DNA from: Phoronis australis
Taxonomy: Eukaryota > Animalia > Phoronida
Assembly (NCBI GenBank): GCA_002633005.1
Contig: NMRA01001218.1
Span: 1-38,896, forward strand
DNA: 38,896 nt
Direction of reading: 5' to 3'
Both the position numbers and the translations under genes were made by a program. This document shows positions 1 through 12,332 of the stretch, piece after piece. Numbering within the stretch: position 1 is the first letter of the stretch; each line of letters opens with the position of its first letter. The notes under the pieces were generated by a model, which was given only the letters and a program-made list of their open reading frames with translations, searched no databases and was not told the origin of the DNA.

Positions 1-419
1 CATTCCACACCAAGAAATTGCCTCATTTTGCCCCCCAGAACACTTCCCTTGTATCTCCTAAACCACCAAACTTTGTAGTGTCATACTTCACTCACTTTCT
101 CTCATCCCTAATGTGATTTATCAGACTAAACATGGATCTGAATGGTTGACCCCCCACCTTGCCGCTTGTTGGCTGTACTGTGGTCGGTGGATCCGTGGAC
201 TGATACTTAATTTTTTAGTGATATCTCTTAACTGTTTATTGCTGCATTTTTCTGATTGTGGGAACTGTGCAGCCAGTCTAGACCAATATCTCTCCAGGCC
301 TGCTGCTTTCGTTGGCTTGATTTGTACCAGTTTTTTTGTTCTCTATTACGGTAGCTTTTTTCTGATCAGTTGTGAGGGAATATTTTTCCTCACAAGAAAA
401 GCTTTTAGACCTCTTTTAA

Positions 420-550
420 TGTCTGCACTGATTCTACTGCTGTGTGCCATTGTGTACCCACATGATCAAGGTTTCATTGAAGCACTTCAATAGTTTCTTT
501 GTTGGGTTAATCCAGATCAAAACAGTAGTGTTACTTGGAGACTTTAAACC
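420..550 (+). mobile_element. Possible decayed non-LTR retrotransposon (CR1/L2-like) APE endonuclease remnant
   Basis: ILLLCAIVYPHDQGFIEALQ*FLCWVNPD followed, after a frameshift, by TVVLLGDF; resembles the 'vYrPP...F...L...iilGDFN' APE motif. Stop and frameshift present. Confidence 0.3.
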
Positions 551-687
551 TGAGTTTACTGAACCTGCTCCCTGGGCTAACAAAACCAGACTTCCAGACT
601 TTTAAACCATGTTGTTGAAATGCAAGTTATGTTTAATGTTCTACCATGTTTATGAAGACCTGAGGTTTAAGTTGGTTTTGTTAAAAA

Positions 688-1426
688 NNNNNNNNNNNNN
701 NNNNNNNNNNNNNNNNNNNNNNNNNNNNNNNNNNNNNNNNNNNNNNNNNNNNNNNNNNNNNNNNNNNNNNNNNNNNNNNNNNNNNNNNNNNNNNNNNNNN
801 NNNNNNNNNNNNNNNNNNNNNNNNNNNNNNNNNNNNNNNNNNNNNNNNNNNNNNNNNNNNNNNNNNNNNNNNNNNNNNNNNNNNNNNNNNNNNNNNNNNN
901 NNNNNNNNNNNNNNNNNNNNNNNNNNNNNNNNNNNNNNNNNNNNNNNNNNNNNNNNNNNNNNNNNNNNNNNNNNNNNNNNNNNNNNNNNNNNNNNNNNNN
1001 NNNNNNNNNNNNNNNNNNNNNNNNNNNNNNNNNNNNNNNNNNNNNNNNNNNNNNNNNNNNNNNNNNNNNNNNNNNNNNNNNNNNNNNNNNNNNNNNNNNN
1101 NNNNNNNNNNNNNNNNNNNNNNNNNNNNNNNNNNNNNNNNNNNNNNNNNNNNNNNNNNNNNNNNNNNNNNNNNNNNNNNNNNNNNNNNNNNNNNNNNNNN
1201 NNNNNNNNNNNNNNNNNNNNNNNNNNNNNNNNNNNNNNNNNNNNNNNNNNNNNNNNNNNNNNNNNNNNNNNNNNNNNNNNNNNNNNNNNNNNNNNNNNNN
1301 NNNNNNNNNNNNNNNNNNNNNNNNNNNNNNNNNNNNNNNNNNNNNNNNNNNNNNNNNNNNNNNNNNNNNNNNNNNNNNNNNNNNNNNNNNNNNNNNNNNN
1401 NNNNNNNNNNNNNNNNNNNNNNNNNN
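688..1426. other. Assembly gap (739 N)
   Basis: Run of N. Confidence 1.
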
Positions 1427-1444
1427 GCTGAACAGACTGCGTGT

Positions 1445-1472
1445 GAAACCGATGACGTCAGTGGAAAATTTC
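1445..1472 (+). promoter_or_regulatory. Candidate promoter module: GAAACC half-site, CRE palindrome TGACGTCA (1453-1460), kappaB-like GGAAAATTTC (1463-1472)
   Basis: Motifs read directly in a CpG-containing patch about 320 bp upstream of the exon at 1791. Confidence 0.35.
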
Positions 1473-1848
1473 ATCACCTCCGTCTGCCGTCAGGTGTCAG
1501 ATAACGCAACCGTACGTGCCGCTATCGAGGAGAACTACTCGATCTAAATTGATACAAATTAGGTTGTTTTTTGGGTGGCATGCTCCTTTAAGTGAAGCTA
1601 ATTGGTCCTGAAGACTGATATGATGAAGTTAAGTCGCTTGGATGATGTTTTGTTATTTTCAACATCTGTAAATTGTTTATGCTCAGCAAGTGGAGAGCCT
1701 ACATCACAATTAGAATTCAGACAGAATGTTGAACTGTTGTGGTACAACGCACAAGTTTTGTAACTAAATAAATCATGTGCTTCATTACAGGTGCTCAGGC
1801 TTTGGAGAGGGATATGCTTAATCTCAACTCGAAGTAACTTCAGTAAAG

Positions 1849-2066
1849 ATGGATAGTGACAAGAGTCCTGAAGATGATGGATATTACAGAGGTGGACGTG
1901 ATGGAGGTACACAGCTGGTCCCAGGAATAATGGATAAAGACCAGCCCAAGGAAAAGGCAGGACAGGATGGAGGTATACGTGTGGACCCAGGAGTAATGGA
2001 TAGTGACCAATCCAATGAATTAGGTGAAGAGATTGCAAGAATGTCAGAATGGTTTGTAGCTAACTG
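1849..2066 (+). CDS. Putative first coding exon (exon 1791-2066), acidic/Gly-rich N-terminus; possibly of the ROCO gene
   Basis: Acceptor ttcattacAG at 1790, ATG at 1849, consensus donor G|GTGAGT at 2067 in phase 2. Internal 66-bp (22-aa) duplication DGGTQLVPGIMDKDQ / DGGIRVDPGVMDSDQ. Phase matches the acceptors at 32453 and 33558. Confidence 0.55.
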
Positions 2067-2374
2067 GTGAGTTGTTTTGTCTAATGCAATTTGTTTGACT
2101 GGGTATCAACATGAACCATATTTTGAGCTGAAAATCCACAAGTCATCACACCAGTATATTGACTTGTCTGTTTTGCTGTACATAACATACATGCTTTGTC
2201 ATTAGGAACATTACAAGCTTTAGTAGCAGACCACCAATAAGCATTAAAAGCTATACTTTGTAGTGGTTTCCGCTCCTATTCTGAGATAAGTGCAGATGTA
2301 TGTATGCAGTTCTTGGACCAGTTATGCTGGGGATTTTCAGGGTCTAGTTTGTTCTATGAATGTACAGCATAGAC

Positions 2375-3055
2375 GCTTGAAGTGGAAATAATTTCCAGGA
2401 CACATATTTTGTATTCTAAGAATTGAAATATCTTCAGGACCCTAAAAAACAACTCAACCAGAATTTATCATACCAGGATCTATAATTTATCTTGCCAAGA
2501 CTGAAAATTTATCACTCCGGAATAGAAAATTTGCATGCATCACGCCTGGACAGAAAATTGATTGTGCTACTACAGAAAATCTTTATGCCTGGAGGCCACG
2601 CGACCATCCTTTGTCCAACAATGTTGATCCACTTTGTCTGTCATTCTCAGATGTAATTGAGTCTTAATTTATCCAAGTTTGCATGTATACATTAACTTTT
2701 GCTGTAAAACATGGAAGAGATAGCTGAAATTCAACCTCACTGTCACCTTAATATGAATGTCCGGGCACGACCATGTTGAATGCTTAGGTTTATGACTTTG
2801 ATAGATCAATGCTTGTGGATGATCACGTGGTCTCCTGGCATGAAAAGTGCATGACATTAAACACTTTCATGTTGTTGAAATTAACACTGATCAGAACTAA
2901 AATTAACCACAGTCCTTCATTTTATGCTTGGTCACATTATTTTTTCAAAAGAACCCTAATGATTGTTTTCTTGCAGAGAGCATTATTCTAGTCTTGACAG
3001 CTACTCTATTTATAACTTAGAACTCCAGCCCTGGAATACGATTTTTCAGCTTCTG
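2375..3055. repeat. Degenerate fold-back-like element with ~22-bp minisatellite
   Basis: Degenerate 'ccaggannnaaatttatca'-type units at ~2395-2590; inverted repeat tttatgcctggaggccacgcgaccatcc (~2582-2609) versus ggatgatcacgtggtctcctggcatgaaa (~2818-2845). Confidence 0.4.
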
Positions 3056-3168
3056 ATGTTGCGCAACACATGCGTTCAATTTGTTTGCATTCATTTGTCC
3101 AAGGGCATATATTCAGTAATTGAAACATTTTTGCACCCTAAATGTAAGTCTGGTAGGACGCTGTTCAT

Positions 3169-6100
3169 TACTTGGCGAAATAAATTTCGCCAAGTATGTT
3201 GGTCTTCCATCAAGTTTGGTACTTGGCGGAATTCTTCAGCCAAGTATGTTGGTCTGATAGCAAGATTTTTACTTAGCGAAATGAATTTCGCCAAGTATGT
3301 TGCTCTGTCACTAAGTTTGTTTTTTTGTTTGTTCGCATGATACAGGTCGCAATTTTCGTCCGATCATCACGAAATTTACACATAACACGAACTTCCGGAA
3401 GTACTTTAAGCCTATTGTTTTTCGTCAAAATCGGATCCAAGATGGCGGCTGTGGCGGCCATTTTGTTTTCATTTGGAGGTTCAAATGCGTCTGGAGGCTA
3501 CAATTTTTTACGTAAAAAGCTAAGAATCGGCACAGTAAATGGACCGGAAGTTTGCTATAAGTATACCGGCAATTGTTTACTTCTGGTTAAAGATGGCGGA
3601 AATATCGGCGATCGCGCATGCGCACCTCGATTTTGGCCTAAAAACGCTTCCTCCTGTAGAGGGCGCATTATAAGACCAATTTCTTCGAATTTTTACAAGT
3701 ATTAGTTTCTTATGACATGCTATTATACAAAGCCAAAAAACCGGAAGTTGCTTTCAAGAAGGCGGATCTGGCGCATGTTGGCCCATTTTTAGTCGTGCTG
3801 GTAAATGGGAAGAGAAAAAGACGTGAATTTTTGCATGTGGATTCTTTGAAGTATATTCTTTCAAATGGCCTGTAACAATTTTTTCTCAGACTTACCGTTT
3901 TCGAGTTATTTGACTTTAAATTTCTTAAAAAAAACGCAAAATTTCATTTTTTTCGAAAAATTTACGGAATTAGGCGACACCATCAGTTTAGATAGAATTT
4001 TGAACGGACTTTCAGAAGATGTTTTCCATTTTTTGCTAGGACGTCTACTTGTCGAGATATTTGAGATTTTCTGATATCGCTGTTCCTTTGTTGAGCGCTC
4101 TTGCTGCATTGATGTTGGTTTATCATCTATTGAACTAGACTTAGCCTTTTTCTTACTGATTTCGGAGTTCTACGTTCGTCATGTGTATGTTATTATTACT
4201 TCTTTTGTTCATCCTCGCCACCATCGTCGTCATATTCGTCATCTTCGTCATCATCATTTTTTTTGTTTGTTCGCACTCTACAGGTCGCAATTTTCGTCCG
4301 ATTTTCACGCAATTTGCACATGACGTGTAGAACGGAAAGTCCTGGAAGCCTATTGTTTTTGGTCATGATCGGATACAAAATGGCGGACGTGGCGGCCATT
4401 TTGTATCCGATTTCACAGTCAAATGCTCGTAGAAGCCGCATTTTTCGACACACATGGCTGAAAATCGGTACGATTATACTAGATCGCATGTGCTACAAGT
4501 CTGCCGAAAATCGTTGACTTCTGGTCAAAGATGGCGGAAATATTGGAAGTGGCGCATGTGCACCCCGAAATATGGCCAAAAACGTTTTCTCCTGTAGAGG
4601 GCGCATTTGCAAACCAATCACTTTCAAACTGGTCACGTGTTTGTTGAGTTTAATAAGCTTTTTTAAAAATTATTGAACTGGAAGTCACTTTCAAGATTGC
4701 GGCTGTGGCGCATGTTCACACGGTTTCAATCGCTCTGGTGTCGCATTTTTAACGGCAAGAGCAAATGACGTGAATTTTTGCATGTGGATTCCTTGAAGTA
4801 TGGCCTTTCAAAATGTCTGCGAGATCGTATTTCTCAGACTTACCGTTTTCGAGTTATTTGACTTTGAATTTCAAAAAAATCTGCAAATTTTCAATTTTTT
4901 CGATAATTTTTTTGATTTTTGACAAACTACCACTTTAGATAGAATTTTGAACGGGCTTTCAGATGATATTTTCCATTTTGCGCTACGACGTCTACTCTTT
5001 GAATTATTCGAGATTTTCTGATACCGTTTTTCCTTCGGTCACCTAAGCAAGCACGCAGCTGGCTGGCTTTCAGTTCACTTTGTTTTGGCTATGCCTAGTT
5101 GACCCCGGCTGACCCAGCCAGCACTCTCAAACTGTAGACTGGAATCCCAGGCAAAATACTTATTGTAAACATAACTTTGCTCTGCAGACTGTCACATAGC
5201 GCCATTTATTTTGGAATGTGGGAACAAAGCATGGCTCGTCCGTCATGTTGCGCCATCTATTGTTCTTTATTGTAGTTGATTGTATGCTCTCTATTTGATT
5301 TCTTCGCTAGTCACATGAATGTTATCGTGTTATTCATAATTGCCGCCCTTGATCGTCATGATTGTCGTCGTCCTCCTCATCGTCGTCTTTTCGATTAATT
5401 CCGCCAAGTGTCACTCCTCCGAGCGCTCTCGTTCTTTTGTTTGTTTGCACGATACAGGTCGCAATTTTCGTCCGATCATCACGAAATTTACACATAACAC
5501 GCAGTTCCGGAAGTACTGGAAGCCTATTAATTTTCGTCAAAATTGGATCCAAGATGGCGGCTGTGGCGGCCATTTTGTTTTCATTTAAAGGTTCAAATGC
5601 TTCTGGAGTCTACAATTTTTTACGTAAAAGGCTAAGAATCAGCACAGTAAATGGACCGGAAGTTTGCTACAAGTATACCGGAAATTGTTTACTTCCGGTT
5701 AAAGATGGCGGAAATATCGGCGATCGCGCATGCGCACCTCGATTTTGGCCTAAAAACGTTTTCTCCTGTAGAGGGCGCATTATCAGACCAATTCCTTCGA
5801 ATTTTTACAGGTATTACTTTCTTATGACATGCTATTATACAAAGCCGAAAAACCGGAAGTTGCTTTCAAGATGGCGGATCTGGTGCATGTTGACTCATTT
5901 TCAGTCGTGCTGGAGTGCGATTTTAAACAGGAAGAGAAAAAGACGTGATTTTTTGCATGTGGATTCTTTGAAGTATATTCTTTGAAATGTTCTGTAACAT
6001 TTTTTCTCTCAAACTTACTGTTTTCGAGTTATTTGACTTTGAATTTCTTAAAAAAAAACACAGAATTTCATTTTTTTCGAAATATTTACGGAATTAGGCG

Positions 6101-8770
6101 ATACCATCAATTTAGATAGAATTTTGAATGGGCTTTGAGAAGATGTTTTCCATTTTTCGCTAGGACATCTGCTTTTCGAGTTATTTGAGATTTTCTGATA
6201 ACGCTGTTCCTTTGTTGAGCGCTCTTGCTGCATTGATGTTGGTTTATCTTCTATTGAACTAGACTGTAGCCTATTTCTTAATTGATTTATGATATCTAAG
6301 TTCGTCATATGAATGTTGTGATGTTGTTCATCATCGCCACCACCATCATCATATTCGTCATCATCGTCATCATATTCGTCATCATCTCCGTCGTTAATTT
6401 CGCCAAGTGTCGCTCAAGACTGTAGCCTTTTTGTTACTGATTTCGGACTTCTACGTTGGTCATGTGTATGTTATTATTACTTCTTTTGTTCATCCTCGCC
6501 ACCATCATCGTCATATTCGTCATCTTCGTCATCATCTTTATCGTCATCTTTTTGGTTAATTTCGCCAAGTTTCGCTCCTTGGAGTGCTTTCATTTTTTTG
6601 TTTGTTCGCACTCTACAGGTCGCAATTTTCGTCCGATTTTCACGAAATTTGCTCACAACGTGTAGATCGGGAAGTACTGGAACGCTATTGTTTTTTGTCA
6701 TGATTGGATACAAAATGGCGGACGTGGCGGCAATTTTGTATCTGATTTCACAGTCAAATGCCCGTAGAGGCCGCATGTTGCGAAGTACAAGGCGGAAAAT
6801 CGGTACGATTATACTATAACACATATTCTACAAGTGTGCAGAAAATCGTTGACTTCCTGTCAAAGATGGCGGAAATATTGGAAGTGGCGCATGCGCACCC
6901 CGAAATATGGCCAAAAACGTTTTCTCTTGTAGAGGGCGCATTTGCAAACCAAACAAATGACGTGAATTTTTGCATGTGGATTCCTTTAAGTATGGCCTTT
7001 CAAAAAGTCTGCGAGAGCGTATTTCTCAGACTTACCGTTTTCTAGTTATTTGACTTACAATTTTAAAAAACCGGGCAAGTTTTTAATTTTTTCGAATTTT
7101 TTTTTTTGATTTTTGCCAAACTATCACTTTAGATAGAGATTTGAACGGGCTTCCAGAAAATATGGTCCATTTTGTGCTACAACGTCTACTTTTTGAATTA
7201 TTCGAGATTTTCGGATACCGTTGTCCATTCGGTCACCTATGCAAGCACGCAGCTTGCTGGCTTTCAGTTCACTTTGTTTTGGTTATGCCTAGTTGACCGC
7301 GACTGACCCAAGCAGCACTGTCCTACTGTAGACTGGAATTCCACGCCAAATATTGTAAACATATTTTTGCTCTGCAGACTGTCACATAGCGCCACCTATT
7401 TTGGAATGTGGGAACAAAGCATGACTCATCCGTCATGTTGCGCCATCTATTGTTCTTTATTGTAGTTGATTGTATGCTCTCTATTTGATTTCTTGGCTAG
7501 TCATATGAATGTTATCGTGTTATTCATAATTGCTGCCTTGATCGTCATGATTGTCGTCGTCCTCCCCATCGTCGTCTTTTTGATTAATTCCGCCAAGTGT
7601 CACTTCTCTGAGCACTCATTTTTTTTTATTTGTTCGCACTCTACAGGTCGCATTTTTTGACCGATTTTCACTAAAGTTGTACACAACTTGTATCTCTGGA
7701 AGTAATGGAAGCCTATTGTTTTTCGTCATAATCGGATCCAAGATGGCGGATAAGGTGGCCATTTTGTTTTCATTTAAAGGTTCAAATGCTTCTGGAGGCT
7801 ACAATTTTTTACGTACAACAGAATTATTGGACAGGAAATGTGCTACAAGTATACCGGAAATTGTTTACTTCCGATTAAAGATGGCGGTAATATCGGCGAT
7901 CGCGCGTGCGCACCTCGATTTTGGCTTATAAACGTTTTCTTCTGTAGAGGGCGCATCATAGAGAGCCATTTCCTTCGAATTTTTGCAGGTGTTAGTTTTT
8001 TTGACATGCTATTACACAAAGCCAAAAAACCGGAAGTTGCTTTCAAGATGGCGGATCTGGCGCATGTTGACCCATTTTCGGTCGTGCTGGAGTGCCATTT
8101 TAAATGGGAAGAGAAAGAGACGTGATTTTTTGCATGTAGATTCTTTGAAGTATACTCTTTCAAATGACCTGTAGCAATTTTTTCTCACACTTTCCGTTTT
8201 CGAGTTATTTCACTTTGAATTTCTTAAAAAAAACACAAATTTTTTTTAAAAAAATTTACGGAAGTAGGCGATACCATCAGTTTAGATAGAGTTTTAAACT
8301 GGCTTTCAGAAGTTGTTTTCTATTTTTCGCTAGGACGTCTACTTTTTGAATTATTCGAGATTTCTGATAGCGCTGTTCCTTTTTTGAGCGCTCTTACCGC
8401 ATTGATGTTGGTTTAGTTTCTATTGAACAAGAGTGTAGCCTATTTCTTGCTGATGTATGACTTCTAACTGCTTCATATAAATGTTATGATGTTGCTCAGC
8501 ATTATCACCATCGTCATCATATTCGTTATCTTCGTCATCATCTCCGTCGTAGTTTTTTCAGTCAATTTCGCCAAGTGTCGTTCAAGACTGTAGCCTATAC
8601 TTACTGATGTCTGGCTTCTACGTTCGTCTTTTGAATGTTATCATTACTTGAATTGTTCATCATCGCCACCATCATCATCATATTCGTCCTCTTCGTCATC
8701 ATCTCTATCGTCGTGTTTTCTGTTAAGTTCGCCAAGTGTCGCTCCTCGGAGCACTTTCATTTTTTTAGTT
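3169..8770 (-). mobile_element. Tandem array of non-autonomous Helentron/HINE (DINE-1-like) units, five ~0.9-1.2-kb units alternating A-B-A-B-A
   Basis: Unit marker 'gtttgttcgca..tacaggtcgcaattttcgtccgat' at ~3327, 4265, 5442, 6600, 7630. Triplicated hairpin TACTTGGCGAA..TTCGCCAAGTA at 3169-3297; (CAAA)n-like and (TCA/TCG)n microsatellites; opposite end has hairpin gtgctccgaggagcgacac next to cttggcgaa; T-rich flanks, no TSD. Confidence 0.7.
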
Positions 8771-9207
8771 ATTTATTATCATTGATAAACAAGTACAAAA
8801 TAAACAAGTACATCCATTCATTCAATCATGCACACCTCAGGAGAGAACATTCTCGTATCTCGTATAAAGTAAACAACTGTGACATGGAGTTAACGTGTTC
8901 ATTAAAATTCTCCATTTTCCCATACACAATTAATTTTTTAGCATTATTGTTCTTTTAAGTATAATTGTTACAAACTTGTGAACATTAGGTATACTTTTGT
9001 GATGCTGATCATGTTGTGAAACCTTGAAACTATAAAATCGTATAGAGGACCGTTCAAAATTATGCATTAAAACGTTTTACTTTTTAATGATTGGTTTGTG
9101 AGGTACACAAGTGAAACGCCTCTTTTCTGTTTTAATGGGCCTTTAAATGTGCTGTGGGGTTTTATACGCAAGACACATCACAAATTTAAAGTAGTAATAT
9201 GCCTTAG

Positions 9208-9386
9208 TCATGAGGGTAGAATCCAGTGCGAAAAAAACACACATGGGATTTCAAATCCACCTTGTGGGAGATTCACCCTCTTGTAACGACCATTTGTGAC
9301 TGTACAGTCGATGTAACCACCTCGTCTTACAAAGTGGTAAAAGACTGCCGAGTGATCACGAGGATTATAGTCGACAGTTTCCCGTT
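9208..9386 (-). pseudogene. HIRAN-like domain pseudogene, 3' half
   Basis: Minus-strand ETVDYNPRDHSAVFYHFVRRGGYIDCTVTNGRYKRVNLPQGGFEIPCVFF resembles the 'VGHvPreis..FL.rGG.i.c.VtG.....GGLEIPC' motif of invertebrate stand-alone HIRAN-like ORFs. Confidence 0.65.
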
Positions 9387-11798
9387 CAGGGCTCGACGCT
9401 ATTCAAATCGCCAGGTCGCATTTTGTGACCTAGCCAAAATCCCAGTTCGCATTTTCAATATCCAGCTCACATTCGTAAATGCCAGGTCGCGAAAATTTCC
9501 TGCCATTTTTACGCTACAAAATTGATTTTTTAGATCACTGAAAAAATGTTTAGATTATGCTCTCACCTGCAACGTTAAATACTGACAAATTTCAGATCGC
9601 AAAATTGAGTTTGTTCATGCAGGTATGGTATTACTGTTCTTCAAGACCGCCATTGAAAGGCTCTGAAGCGCAAGGCAAGTTGCCGACGTGAAAGTTGAAT
9701 CAGTGCTCTCTGACACGTGCATTCGAGTAATTAAGTTAGCGATGTGAAAAGAGAGAAAATGCCCGCTGAAAAAGTATCCGAGATTTTGCTAGGTCTGACC
9801 TGCCACTGACTGTCATCAAAGTCGTTAAAGATCCAAACTAACTCGGAGTGCAAATTCCCTCCACTTTTTGTTCGCAACCCAAATTTTGCAACTTAACTCG
9901 ATGTTTGAAAAACATCTGTCAAAAAACGTGAAACGATGCCCTAACCGAATGACGTATTTGGATGCGTGGGAACATTTCAGGGCAAATGTCACAACAAAAA
10001 TGTGGTACTTATGCTGTTTACGTACTCAACAATTAGTTTTCTATGAAATGAATAGCCTCGAAATAATTCCCGACTCCTTGCGGGATTGCATCGCGTAATT
10101 CGAGTTTGCTCCTCAATACCTTCCAAGTACGGGAAAAGTAGGTCAGTCATGAAACGACACGCATGTCACTAGTGTTAACTTTCTTTCCGAGGTATAAAAC
10201 AAAGCTGGGCTTTGGTCTTTACATATTGAGAAAAGATGTTTTTGAAAACTGAATTTGTTGTGTAGAATGAGAGTGACACACTATATGTGTGTCAATTTTA
10301 AACCACTGTGGGCACTTAATTGGAAATTCTCAAAGGTTGCGAGGTGAATATTTAGTAAATCAGTGAGCGCTTATTACAAAACACTTCAAAAGTAAGGAGT
10401 AGGCTTGTGCGTGGGCATTGTTAAACTGAGTGTTTGCGGTAATAAGGTATCAAAAGACTGCAATGGTAAGAAGCGTTATAATAATACGATTTTGCGAGAC
10501 AAACTCCATCGAGTATAGGGGTGACTTTCTGGATATCGTTACCACCTACACTGTACCCTTTTTAGCCACCCGGAATAATTTTGTTTTTAATTGCCCGCTT
10601 CAGCCGAAACACGATTGTTTCTATTGGAGTCTGAACATTTTACGGCGACGGTGGTCCGGGGAGTGAAAACTTGTCAGGGGGGTGTGTGAGGAGAAGAATA
10701 AAAAGTCGCTGACAATAATTTCTCATCTAGTACCCGTTTAGTTACCATAGCTGGCTACGGGCATAGAGTATAGGGTTTAAGGAACATCCACCTCGGGGAA
10801 ACGTCACAGGAAATATCAGTTCTGGGTTATATCGGTCCCGGAGAATATCGTGAAGCATCGGTTCTTTTATAACCGCCGGGAATCTGTGAGTTCATTTTCA
10901 AATAAACCACTGGCACACACCAGGGTGCTTAACAGAGCCAATCCGGTATACTCTTTCATTTAGGACTATAGCTGTTCTCTTTTGATGTGCAGCTTTGAAG
11001 TCAGGTGCGCATGCGTGAGTTCACGCACTTGAATCGCTGGAGTAGGCCTGCACTTTACCTTGGCAACAACGTGAGAAAGTCAAATCACGTAGCCCCAGGG
11101 GTTAGAGAATTTCTTGGTAACTGAAAGTAAAGACGTGGCCGTAGTATGGCGATTAAGAGTGTTTTCATTTTCACTTTGGCTGTCATATGCAAAAAAAGCG
11201 AGACGCACATCTCTAAGTTACGATTGTCTGCCGGGACGGCTTGCGCGCTAATGACGGGACCGATCAGTGCCGCAGTGCCGGCAATATCAGGTGGATATTT
11301 GGTACATGTAATAAGGACATCTTACGCGAAAAATAAACATATTTGTCCACCACAAAGTTTGATAAGTTGATCGCTTAATAATTAGTAGAAACACCGCCAT
11401 TTTACCACGTGTTATGCAGTGGCCCGAATTTTTCCGGCCCAAATCCGGAAATTTGTAAAAGTGGCCGAAAACGTTAGTCAGTGAAACGCGTCAAAGATCG
11501 ATTCTGCATATCCCATGTTCACGCGACTTGCTTACATGTAAAAGTCATCTGGAGGGCTGTTCTCTGTTGTCTTCTTTTGAACTTGGATTTGGCAACAACC
11601 AAATAAGGATCGGATTAACAAGAGTTGTTTTATATTTGACAGGTATCTGCCGAGAAATGTAAAAACTCAGCTTGCATATATTTATTTAGAAATTCCAGGT
11701 CGCATTTAGCGACTTGATACGAGCTGACAAAAATCTCAGCTCGTATTTCCAAATTTCAGGTTGCAAATGCGACCTACAGCTCGTTATGTCGAGCCCTG
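9387..11798. mobile_element. Non-autonomous hAT-like DNA transposon (2.4 kb)
   Basis: Perfect 11-bp TIR CAGGGCTCGAC / GTCGAGCCCTG; sub-terminal AGGTCGCA-type repeats at both ends (~9413, 9484, 11697, 11758); flanks ccgtt/ccgtg (5-bp, 1 mismatch); it interrupts the HIRAN-like ORF. Confidence 0.8.
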
Positions 11799-11934
11799 CC
11801 GTGAGGATTGTCGTGCTCTTCTGGGTTTGTATCCCGGTCGACATCCAGTAATTCGCCAGCAAACGGTGATGCCAAAAAAATCTGTAATCATGTTAGCCCT
11901 AAACAGCAGAACAGAAGTCGAATGTGTATGTCAT
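11799..11934 (-). pseudogene. HIRAN-like domain pseudogene, 5' half
   Basis: MTYTFDFCSAV*G*HDYRFFW / SPFAGELLDVDRDTNPEEHDNPH resembles 'f.SavRGyHvY...W.P..GE.L......N.hD'; two stops and a frameshift. Confidence 0.6.
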
Positions 11935-12029
11935 ATCGAAGTGTTAGCTAGTGTGTGTTGATCTAGGATGGAGCTTGTGGTCTCTCTGAAGTTAACTTAG
12001 TGAACTCTCATGTAATGACACTATTCACA

Positions 12030-12332
12030 AAGTCTGTGATCATCAACAAATCTATACATTTCTATGCAGTAACAGCAAAACAGACCCCAACAATGGATTA
12101 CACCTCTCCCTGACCAGCAGCTACGCCGTGACACCTGTACAGCTTGCAGTCACTTTAAACAAGCAGTTCCTCTTTATGAAGTCTCTGATTAGTCCTATCT
12201 GAGACTCCACAAGTCATTTCAATAGAATAACAGCAGGACAAACCCCAACAATAGGTTACACCTCTCCCCAACTCCCCATGAATATCAGCCAGGTGACACC
12301 TTGACTGGTTGCGGTCTGTTTAAAGACACAAT
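12030..12332. repeat. Diverged ~158-bp tandem repeat, with a third partial copy at ~13790
   Basis: aacagca..acanaccccaacaat.g.ttacacctctccc at ~12071 and ~12229; 'gattacacctaatccccc' at ~13798. Confidence 0.55.

Noticed and set aside
609-1547. 312-aa and 275-aa ORFs
   Set aside because: Artefacts of the N gap.
3169-3297. CRISPR-like palindromic repeats
   Set aside because: Only three copies, the intervening sequences are related to each other, the context is eukaryotic and there are no cas genes.
3091-8958. Many short ORFs, including Asp-rich and hydrophobic signal-peptide-like ones
   Set aside because: They are translations of the tandem repeat and its (TCA/TCG)n microsatellite; frames are not conserved among units.
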